Below are positions 43,006 through 51,855 of a stretch of 64,000 nucleotides of DNA, one piece after another. Numbering within the stretch: the stretch's first letter is position 1; each line of letters starts with the position of its first letter. The notes beneath the pieces are model-generated. The model ran no database searches. It saw nothing but the letters and a program-made list of their open reading frames with translations, and was not told where the DNA came from. Source of the DNA: Nitrosopumilus sp. (lineage in GTDB: Archaea; Thermoproteota; Nitrososphaeria; Nitrososphaerales; Nitrosopumilaceae); NCBI GenBank assembly GCA_965205425.1, contig CBDBGZ010000004.1:1-64000 (forward strand), read 5' to 3'. Both the position numbers and the translations under genes were made by a program.

Positions 43006-43809
43006 ATGAAAAATCTAACGACAACAACAAAGACAATCTTATTTGCTTCTTTGATTGCAGCTCTAATTCTCCCATTTAGTGCAATGGACTTAGCTTTTGC
43101 AGATGTTTCTCCTGAAATAAAGGAGAAGGCAAAGAAAGGTCATGATACTTGGAAAGAACTCAAAGCAGAAGAAAAGAAAGTAACAAAAGATAGTAAAAAG
43201 ATAGACAAACTAGAAAAGAAATTTCAGAAATATGTCAAAGAACTTAACAAACATGGAATAGCAACACAGGAACAATGGGATGAAAACCCACAATATTGGA
43301 GAAACATGAACATGCCTTCAATACATGAACCAATTGTGGAAAATGATACACACAATACAATATTGGATGCTGATTTATTTTTCAATGTTGATAATAGTGA
43401 GATAGAACTCATGAGTCATGGTTGTGGTTGTGCTGGACAAGCTTTGAATGTAATTGCAGGTTTTGATTACTTATTGTGGGGATTTTGGCCAACTAGTGCA
43501 TATTCTGATGATGGTTGGAAAAAACTAACCTACAATGGAGATGTTGACACAACTGAAGTAGTTGATGACGAAATTCATTCAGAGATGACACCACATATTA
43601 CTGCTAATATAGATAGAGCAGGAATAGTCAACTATGGATACAATTATGAGGCAAGAGCATGGGGAAACCTTTTGGATTCCAATAATAGTTACAATTTGCA
43701 ATCCATCGCAGTTGCACCAAGTTCTTTATCCATAACTGAAGATGAATTAACAAACACTCCAGCTAGTACAACTATCAAATATACAGTCACTATTAGCAAT
43801 ATGAGTTAA
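43006..43809 (+). CDS. Secreted protein (paralog of 45605-46357)
   Basis: KTILFASLIAA signal peptide; ELNxxGxxTxEQxDxNxxYW; CGC; followed by a T-run. Confidence 0.85.
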   Translation: MKNLTTTTKTILFASLIAALILPFSAMDLAFADVSPEIKEKAKKGHDTWKELKAEEKKVTKDSKKIDKLEKKFQKYVKELNKHGIATQEQWDENPQYWRNMNMPSIHEPIVENDTHNTILDADLFFNVDNSEIELMSHGCGCAGQALNVIAGFDYLLWGFWPTSAYSDDGWKKLTYNGDVDTTEVVDDEIHSEMTPHITANIDRAGIVNYGYNYEARAWGNLLDSNNSYNLQSIAVAPSSLSITEDELTNTPASTTIKYTVTISNMS

Positions 43810-43841
43810 CATACTATTTCTTTTTTTATAAAATAACGATC

Positions 43842-44345
43842 ATGTTTGATTACCATAAACCTCCCCAAGTATCTACCAATAAAGAAATATATGAAAAAGG
43901 AAAAACAGTAGGACTTTTTGACATTGATATTTTGTCTGAGCAAGGTGGTGGAAAAATTTGTACTTTTTGGAGAGGGTTTAGAAAATCAGATTTTGAAAAA
44001 TTCTCAAATCATCCAATTTTGGAAACTCTGAAAAAAATTTATTCCATATTAGAACCAAACCAAATCATAACAAAACCTAGATTCCGAGAATTTTTTGAAG
44101 ACAGTCCAGATTATTCATTAATTCACAAAATTCAATCAAAGAAACAACATCCCAAAGATACAAAATTTATGGCATATTTACAGCTAAAAATTATTCTTCA
44201 ACCTTATGACTTTGAAAAAGGAGAGTTATTTTTTGAATATAAGAACTATGACTTTCCTAATGGTATACAAAAAGCTCAAATGGATAAAGTATTGTATAGT
44301 CTTCTTATCAACTTATATTCAGCCTTGAAATATAAAGAGAAGTAA
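43842..44345 (+). CDS. Cytoplasmic hypothetical protein
   Basis: 167-aa ORF. Confidence 0.7.
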   Translation: MFDYHKPPQVSTNKEIYEKGKTVGLFDIDILSEQGGGKICTFWRGFRKSDFEKFSNHPILETLKKIYSILEPNQIITKPRFREFFEDSPDYSLIHKIQSKKQHPKDTKFMAYLQLKIILQPYDFEKGELFFEYKNYDFPNGIQKAQMDKVLYSLLINLYSALKYKEK

Positions 44346-44665
44346 CATACACAGTACAAGATTCATTTCACTTACATCAAGATTAGAATGGGATTCAGCA
44401 CCCGCCTATCTTTACACTAATTCAAAAATTGGGAAATTTATCAAAACAACCGCTAACTTTCCAGTGTATGACAACAGGAACTGGTAAGTTTACGATAGAT
44501 AATTCCTCTTGGAAAGTATCGGTAGATAGGTGTTAAGTTGGATTAACTATTCATTGACTGTAAATTCAAAAATACTCTTTGCAATCGTTTTTCATTTGAT
44601 TCTCTGGAATGCTTACTCATTGAAATACAAAATCAATTTTGCAGAAAAAGAGGAAACTGATCAGT

Positions 44666-45571
44666 TTACTTTTTGGCCAGTTTTGATACAAATGATTTGT
44701 CATTACGATGCCGGATATAGAATCCGCGTTTTTTAAGAATATTTTTAATTTTATCCATATTTTGTTGATCATCATTATCCTCAGAATTTTGATATACTGA
44801 CAGCAACATATCTTCAGTCAGATCAGCATATGCGCCATCATCATGGCCGTCGTCTGCCATTTGCTTATCATCAGAAACAATAACTGTATCAGGCATGGTT
44901 TCAAATTCCTCAGGTTTTACATCACCTGATTCATTTGAGGGTGGACCAACAGTGTGTTTCATCTCATCAGTACCAGTACCAGTGGCAGCAGTACCGGGTG
45001 AGAATTCTGCATCTCGTATCACATCACCATCATTATTATCATTAGGGAATTTACTTTGGGAATATCCTTTGAACATCCACATTTTAACGGTCTTTTTGTC
45101 ATCAGGATCATTAGGATTTGATGGATTTTGAATGGTTTGTTCTTCACATAAAAGATCATTTTTATTTTCAAATTTATGCAACTCCTCAATAATCTTTTTT
45201 TCATCATGCCTCCAAACACTATCTACGACATACTGCTCAGATACCTTGCCTCCTGCATTCATCAGTGTAGAAAATATCTCAGTTTGCAGTACGTTAAACT
45301 GTCTAATACGATCAGAGTCTACGCCAATTGATGTCATAATATCGGCATTCATAACAGTTACAGAATAATCTTCTGTATCAATATTTTTATTTGAAAATGC
45401 ATTTACAATCTTTTCCTTGTCACGATTTGAAAAAACAAAAAACCAAACAAAGAACCCTCGATCCTTACTCTTCTCATAGTTTGTGATGACTTGGCCCATG
45501 TGTTTGCCTGGCGCAGTCTCAACTTCAAGTGCAATGACTTTTTCGGACCAATTATTTGGATTATACGCCAC
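44666..45571 (-). pseudogene. Probable C-terminal remnant of a mobile-element protein (ExE-type nuclease-like motif, acidic tail)
   Basis: Starts abruptly at VAY..VIALEVET..NYEK; only 33 bp to the divergent gene. Confidence 0.5.
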
Positions 45572-45604
45572 ATCTTTATTAGCTACGCCTAAATTGATAT
45601 TCTA

Positions 45605-46357
45605 ATGACAAGAACAAAATATCTAATACCTCTGCTAGCAATGGTACTTCTAATTCCTGGAGTACAAACCTTTGCACAACCTGACATAATACCAGAAGAT
45701 GACACTATAGGACCAGTTGGTACAATAGATGTAGCAGTACAACAACCATCAGATGAGATTTTAGCACTGTTAGAATTATCTGAAACTGAAACAGACATAC
45801 AAGAACAAGAAAGGATCAAAGACGAACTAAATGCTTTAGGTGTTCCGACCACTGAACAATTAGATTCTAATTTTGAGTATTGGACATTAAAGTCATCATA
45901 TACAAAATTAGCTGAAGATCCTTTTGTTGAAAAAACAAATCAAGAAATAACTTTAGCAACCTATCAATCAGTACAATGTCCTGGTTGTAATCCTGAACCA
46001 GATAAAGTTGCATATTTTCCTGGTTATTGGTATGATTGTGGTTTGGCATATCAATGCTCAGCATCTGTTTCATCATGGGTTTTAGTTGAAGAACTACAAT
46101 CTAGATCAATTACATTCCATAATACGTCTCCTGAATCTAATCCATCAGTTCGTGGTTGGTATTATGTTCAAGGACCACAAGATTCTACTCTTGTTGATTG
46201 GGATGACATCTACATAGTCAACCCTACAGGATTTGATGAACGTCACTATTATGTTGAAGATGTAAATCCTTCAAAATTGAAATTGATGCCTGTTATTAAT
46301 AACGTACAGCAATCTCATCAAGTTGGATTTGTGTTTACGGTTCATTCCATTGACTGA
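45605..46357 (+). CDS. Secreted protein (paralog of 43006-43809; leader resembles the 9558 protease)
   Basis: Signal peptide ending TFAQ, PVGT, ELNALGVPTTEQLDSNFEYW, CPGC. Confidence 0.85.
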   Translation: MTRTKYLIPLLAMVLLIPGVQTFAQPDIIPEDDTIGPVGTIDVAVQQPSDEILALLELSETETDIQEQERIKDELNALGVPTTEQLDSNFEYWTLKSSYTKLAEDPFVEKTNQEITLATYQSVQCPGCNPEPDKVAYFPGYWYDCGLAYQCSASVSSWVLVEELQSRSITFHNTSPESNPSVRGWYYVQGPQDSTLVDWDDIYIVNPTGFDERHYYVEDVNPSKLKLMPVINNVQQSHQVGFVFTVHSID

Positions 46358-46563
46358 CTTCAAATCTTCAACTCCTCTTTTTTCTTTTCATAATATAATA
46401 TTGAAAAAAGGTACATCTATCACTAGAAAAACTATATCAGATAAACTATCCATTGAAGAATTTGAATGTGATTACATACAAAAAGAATAAAATAAAAACA
46501 GTAGCCTAGTTGGCTAACGACCTCAGAACCTGTTATATGATAATTTTATAAATTAATTAATGT

Positions 46564-46648
46564 TGGGGACTGGGAGGGACTCGAACCCACGATCAACGGG
46601 TTCTGAGGCCGTCGTTTTACCGACTAAACTACTTTGTTTCCCAACCCC
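46564..46648 (-). ncRNA. Non-canonical tRNA-like gene (loop CTCAGAA, central triplet CAG)
   Basis: D arm GTTT-AGTCGGTA-AAAC, anticodon arm ACGG/CCGT, variable TGATC, T arm GTGGG-TTCGAGT-CCCTC; atypical acceptor stem with a 9-nt insert. Confidence 0.7.
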
Positions 46649-46669
46649 AAATAACCATCAACACTCTTT

Positions 46670-46819
46670 GATGCTTTGAAATCATTTCTGATTCTATTGG
46701 ATTGCAATCATTTTATTGTACAGACAAACTTTCATTTTCAATTCATGAATCATGTTTTCTCTCTTGTGCGATGTCACATGCTCTCCAAATATTCTTTTGA
46801 ATACAGAGAATACTCCCTC
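46670..46819 (-). mobile_element. IS5-family element B, 3' fragment
   Basis: Reads EGVFSVFKRIFGEHVTSHKRENMIHELKMKVCLYN; left boundary approximate. Confidence 0.7.
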
Positions 46820-48159
46820 GTATATGTTTAGATCCCAACTCACACATACTTTACAATCTCGTACAAAAGATTACAATTCCTCATATTCCATGTCATGATG
46901 CAACTCATCAGATTTCCAAACATTCTCATACCCTTCTCATTCCTAACACATCCTCGAATCTTTCTGTGAATGACGGATTCTCTCAACGCGTGTTCTGCTG
47001 CATTGTTTGTAGGTTCTATGTTTTCATACAGCAAAAATGTAAACAGATCGTATTTTGTATTATACAATTTGTTTAGGAATTTCTCCAGTTCCTTTTCATT
47101 GCAATGCTCAGAAACAATTCTTTCAAAGAGATTCACTGCAGCATCATGTGCTGTATCACTTGGTTGTATGCCTTTGATATCGTAAAATAATCTCTGCAAG
47201 GAATAATACAGTGATTTTGAATTGTCTGTTTCTAGTTTTTCTGATGTGTGTCTTGCTTCACGCAGTATGTGTGCCCAACACTTCTGTCTGATACCAAACA
47301 TATGGTATGGCATCCATCCATCACAGACTGCAACTCCTGCAAATGATGGGAAATGTTTTTGCAATACATTTGCACCCCTGCTTTTCTCAACTGTGATGCA
47401 ACAAGAGTTCTGATTTACCCCAGTCCATACCCATCCAGTTTTTCCATGTATGGAACATTTTGTCTCATCAAAATGAGCAGATTTTGAGTCGCAAATGTCC
47501 TGTCTGATTTGTTCTACCATAGGCTCCAGTGCAGATGATACATTGCACAAGCAGTTGTTGATGGTTCCTGCAGATATTTTCAAATTGTAAAAGGCTTGAA
47601 GCATCTTTGCAATGTTTCTTAGTGTAACTCTTGCAGACCACAAAGATAGAATAATTCCTGTAATGTGAAATCCAAGACATCCTTTCTTTGGAATGGGGCA
47701 ATCAGTAACTGTTGTATTTCCACAATTGTTGCAAAAGTAAGAAGGAATAACATGTTTTGTTATGGTAACTGGTTGCGGTTTTGGGATTTCTGCAATGATT
47801 CGAGTTTGTTGTGTAGTTTGAGTTATTTTTTTACTGCCACAGTTTGAGCATTTCTTTGAATCATGATGAATTGTTTTTGTGGGTTTGAAGCTGTGAGTTT
47901 TACCATCATGTCCTGGCTTTTGTCCTGGTTTGTTTGGATGAGTTGATTTTCGTTCTTTCTTTTGTTTTTTCCAGTGGAGAGAATCAGATGATGGTGGAGA
48001 ATTTGGGTTCTCATAGTAGGATAATTTCTTCTTTAGCTCTGTAATCTCTTTTTGTAATTTATCGCATTGTTTGCAATCATGAAAATCGCCCATTATTGTT
48101 GCAAAATTCTTCCCTGATCTAAACTATTCGATATATCTAGGCACGACCTAAACACACAC
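46820..48159 (-). mobile_element. IS66-like element B (transposase 46840-48093)
   Basis: IRs GT(A/G)T(A/G)TGTTTAG(A/G)TC; NSPPSSD, HFDET, QKCWAHILR, PTNNAAE; no TSD. Confidence 0.9.
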
Positions 48160-48195
48160 GTCCTGAGTTGTAACATTTCTTGATGTGACATCTCC
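48160..48195 (-). mobile_element. IS5-A internal scrap
   Basis: Reverse complement of GGAGATGTCACATCAAGAAATGTTACAACTCAGGAC (about 17702-17737). Confidence 0.8.
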
Positions 48196-48275
48196 GGACG
48201 TGGTGTATTTTGGTGATCTGATCATCTAAATACACCAGAACCATGATTGGTAATAGATGGAAAAGTGATCATATA

Positions 48276-48333
48276 TAGCGAAAAGATAAAGTTCGTGAAC
48301 TAAATAATTCCAAAACAAAAAACTTTTTGATCA
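48276..48333 (+). mobile_element. IS630-B left-end fragment
   Basis: Matches 31427-31484. Confidence 0.85.
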
Positions 48334-48566
48334 GTCTACACTGTTCAATCTTAGTGGTTCTGGTAAATTATAGTGATCTGTGTTACAAAACATGAAATAT
48401 GGATCTTCTCCAAATTCGATTTTAGAGAACTTGGTTATTTCTATATGAATAATTTACTCCAAATCATTCTCAGTAAACCCTGCTGTTAAATTTTGGTGAT
48501 CTCAGCCTAATTTTAGAATTTTCAGAATTATTTTTCAAATATTTTGGACATAAGATTCCAAATTTT

Positions 48567-48836
48567 ATGTGGATGGGAGTAAGTATAGAAAATCAAGATT
48601 TTGTTTTAAGAATTAATGATTTGCGCAAAGTAAAATGTCATACACGATTCATAAGTTTTGAGCCATTAATTGGATATGTAGGAAAAGTAAATCTGAAAGG
48701 AATTGATTGGGCAATAATTGGAGGTGAGAGTGGACACCATTACCGATCAGTAGAAAAAGAATGGATTCTAGAAATTATTGAACAGTGTAAAAAGCAAAAG
48801 GTGGCCGTATTTTTCAAACAATGGGGTGCTAATTAA
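48567..48836 (+). pseudogene. DUF5131 (phage Gp37/Gp68) family C-terminal remnant
   Basis: WMGVSIE, RFISFEPLIG, IDWAIIGGESG, FFKQWG. Confidence 0.85.
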
Positions 48837-48941
48837 TTATCAATCCACAGTATACACACTTGAAAATTATGTGTTATTTTTTTGATCATTTGTCAATTAT
48901 TGACCACTTTACATTTTATCAAAAATAAAAAAGTCTGATAC

Positions 48942-49751
48942 ATTACGGCTAAAAAATATAATTCACCAATAACTTATCGATTAAAGGAAATTCCTGTAAA
49001 ACAGATTAAAGTATGGAAAGATGCACAGGCAAGAAAACTAGACCGCGAGGGAATTGCAGAACTTGCAAAGTCTATCAGAAATGATGGGTTACAAAATCCG
49101 CCGATGGTCCAGAAAAATGGTAAGAACTCTTATCTGTTAATGTCAGGCCAGAGAAGGCTTGCAGCTTTGAAAAGACTAGGTGCAAAAAAGATACCCGTAT
49201 TACTGTTAACAAATAGTACCAAATATGATTTAGAGGATGCAAAGGCAGCATCAGTTGTTGAGAATTTACACAGAAATCAAATGAACACTAAGGATATGAC
49301 TGCAGCTTGTGTATTTTTAACAGAATCTGTAGGAAAATCAAAGGCTGCAAAATCATTAGGGATTTCATCTCAGACCTTGAAAAAATACCTTGGATTTGCA
49401 GCAGTTCCAGAGAAACTAAAACGATTTGTTCCAAAAGAGTTGTCTTGTGATGATTGTACTAGATTATATCAAATTGTATCAAATGTACCAAAGGCCGTAT
49501 CCATTGCAGAGAAAATTATTCCGCTAGATCAGAAACTACGAAAGGAATACCTCAAGGCTTTAAGTAGATCTCCAAAGTCATCACATCTAAAATTACTAAA
49601 AAGAGCCAGAGCAGGATTACTCCAACAAAGAGTCACAATTGAATTAACTAAAGGAAATGCAAGGAAATTACGTAGTTTAGCTGGTAAAAAAGAGATTGAT
49701 GTAGATGAAATGGCTGATGAAATATTATCTAGTTATCTGAAAAGAAGATAA
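48942..49751 (+). CDS. ParB/Srx CTPase-domain protein with HTH and C-terminal RHH-like domain; probable non-canonical ATT start
   Basis: Frame open from 48939: ELAKSI..GLQNP, SGQRRLAA, ENLHR. Confidence 0.85.
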   Translation: MTAKKYNSPITYRLKEIPVKQIKVWKDAQARKLDREGIAELAKSIRNDGLQNPPMVQKNGKNSYLLMSGQRRLAALKRLGAKKIPVLLLTNSTKYDLEDAKAASVVENLHRNQMNTKDMTAACVFLTESVGKSKAAKSLGISSQTLKKYLGFAAVPEKLKRFVPKELSCDDCTRLYQIVSNVPKAVSIAEKIIPLDQKLRKEYLKALSRSPKSSHLKLLKRARAGLLQQRVTIELTKGNARKLRSLAGKKEIDVDEMADEILSSYLKRR

Positions 49752-49876
49752 ATCCTAGTCATGAAAATAGGATTTTCATAAATCAATACATGTAACTTTC
49801 ATGCCTAATGGAGAATTAACCAAAGTATTACGGTTAAGGTGTTTTTCTAGATGATTTTAAGAAGCATGTTTTAAAA

Positions 49877-50404
49877 TTATAATTTCACAAGTGTTTTTTC
49901 AGATTTATTTTGTGTTATCCAAAGATCAGGATCAGTTTTTTCTCCTTTTTGTTTTATGAACCCTTCAGTGTTTACAGTTATCTGCTCTAATACTTTCTTT
50001 GCAATCTCCATGTCTTTTTTTGAAATCTTGGATAGTCCCATGTTTCTTATTTCCACAATGCAATCAATTATTGGATCTACTATGTCTTTGGATTTTTTAG
50101 TCATAAAGATCAGATTGTTTCTACGGTCTTTTGGATCAGATTGTCTTGTGATGTATTTTTCTTTCTCCATTCTATCTATTATTGGTACAAGTGTTGGAGC
50201 TTCAACAAATGCCATGTTTGCAATATGTTTCTGAGTGATGCCTTCTTTCATAGATAATATAACAATAATTTTCCATTGTGCGCCAACAAGACCAAAACGT
50301 TCGTGTAGCTCAATATCTGCAGCTTTTTCCCACGCCTTAGCAGATGTTTTTAGCATTAATCCTATACTTTCTTGTAGATCCAGTGTTTTTATTTCAGATT
50401 CCAC
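49877..50404 (-). CDS. MarR-family regulator
   Basis: QWKII, ITQK.IA, IDRME, DPKDRR. Confidence 0.92.
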   Translation of the reverse strand: MESEIKTLDLQESIGLMLKTSAKAWEKAADIELHERFGLVGAQWKIIVILSMKEGITQKHIANMAFVEAPTLVPIIDRMEKEKYITRQSDPKDRRNNLIFMTKKSKDIVDPIIDCIVEIRNMGLSKISKKDMEIAKKVLEQITVNTEGFIKQKGEKTDPDLWITQNKSEKTLVKL

Positions 50405-50475
50405 TCCTGTTTCAAATTCATATTAGTTAATTAGTCTTCTATCGATTAATATAATAACCATTCAATAAACAATGG

Positions 50476-50487
50476 TTAGGATCCTAA
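50476..50487. promoter_or_regulatory. Candidate MarR operator TTAGGATCCTAA
   Basis: Perfect 12-bp palindrome in the divergent intergenic region. Confidence 0.5.
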
Positions 50488-50517
50488 TCTTTATTATCTA
50501 TGAATATTTGAAAAAAT

Positions 50518-51855
50518 ATGGGCATGGGATCTAGGCATAAAAATTCAATGATTCAAAATAAATCAGACACATTATTTAGAAATAATTTAAAAATATTGTA
50601 TTTTGCTGCAATATGCGTAATTTCCATTTCATTAATTCAAAATACATATGCCCAAACAACACCGGAAGAAGGTTCGTTATCAGGAGATTTACAGAACAAT
50701 CCTGTAGCTCAGGACATTTTAGATAAAATTGAAAAAAGTAAAAGAATGATTAAAAACTTACAAGAAAAGGATTTTGAAGCATCAGAAAGACAAAAAGAAC
50801 TAGAAGAGAAAAGAATGGATGCATTGGAACATTTGAATGCAGATTTGAAAAAATGGGAAGATTTGTGGGGTTATTATACATTTGATAAAATGCTCGAACG
50901 CGCATTGGAGAACAGTCCTGCAAAATTAACTGATACGATTTATGATCATCCTCTAAAGTTTACGGCATCTAAAATTAATGCAGGTCGTGCTGCTTTATCT
51001 AAAGTAATTGAAAATGATGGAAGTGCTGAAGAAGCAAGGGATGCTTTTGTCAATGCTGCTCAAATTACAAAAGTTGAAATGATATCAGCTAATGCATTAT
51101 ACAATGTTCTAACCGGAAATGCATACTATAACCAACAAATTCTCTTTGATGCAGACGGACAGTTCAATCTCAATTTATCTGGAGAGCAATTACATAAGTA
51201 CTACCTTGATTATAGAACCAACCCCGGTTATCTACTAGCAAATCCAAAAGATACGTCTTCATGGAATGAGTTGAGTGAAACTAATCCTGACACAAAATGT
51301 AGAGATGAGTATGTTTTGATATATCGAGATCATGCAGAAGATTATGTTTGTGTAACAGAGTATACTGCTGAAATGTGGCAAAGACATGGAATGGGAAGTC
51401 CTGTTGATAAAGAAATACAAATTATTCCAGAAGGATTAACACAAATTCAAATGAATCATGATAGAATTGTCGAAAAGGCATTTGGAATCAATCTAAAAAT
51501 TCAAAAAATCCATGATACTTATGATGATCAAATAGACAAAATGGATAGAAAACATGACCTTTTGTTTGTAGAATTAGAAGAGAAACAGAAAGAGGAAGAA
51601 AAAATCGTCTTAAACAAACTCAATAATGATGAAATATCTGTAGATAATTTTAGCACGCAAATTACAGATATTCGTGAAAAATATCATGCTGTTGAAAAAA
51701 ACATGATTAAAGAAAAATTCCAGATATTAGAGATTATGGAAAAATCTCTAAAAAATAACCTCGACATCTTGATATCAAAATATGAACATGATTCTGAAGT
51801 TAAGATTAATTGGAATTCTGAACAAGATACGTTTAGTGTAATAGGGAGAGTATGA
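50518..51855 (+). CDS. Secreted coiled-coil protein (paralog of the next gene)
   Basis: Signal peptide; SGDLxNxPxAQDILxKIE shared with the next gene. Confidence 0.85.
   Translation: MGMGSRHKNSMIQNKSDTLFRNNLKILYFAAICVISISLIQNTYAQTTPEEGSLSGDLQNNPVAQDILDKIEKSKRMIKNLQEKDFEASERQKELEEKRMDALEHLNADLKKWEDLWGYYTFDKMLERALENSPAKLTDTIYDHPLKFTASKINAGRAALSKVIENDGSAEEARDAFVNAAQITKVEMISANALYNVLTGNAYYNQQILFDADGQFNLNLSGEQLHKYYLDYRTNPGYLLANPKDTSSWNELSETNPDTKCRDEYVLIYRDHAEDYVCVTEYTAEMWQRHGMGSPVDKEIQIIPEGLTQIQMNHDRIVEKAFGINLKIQKIHDTYDDQIDKMDRKHDLLFVELEEKQKEEEKIVLNKLNNDEISVDNFSTQITDIREKYHAVEKNMIKEKFQILEIMEKSLKNNLDILISKYEHDSEVKINWNSEQDTFSVIGRV

Noticed and set aside
46632..46640. 9-nt insert as an archaeal tRNA intron
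   Set aside because: Very short, and I see no bulge-helix-bulge motif
46564..46648. tRNA-Sec or UGA suppressor (TCA in the loop, long acceptor)
   Set aside because: TCA is off-centre and lacks U33; no long variable arm or extended D stem; no Sec machinery in the window
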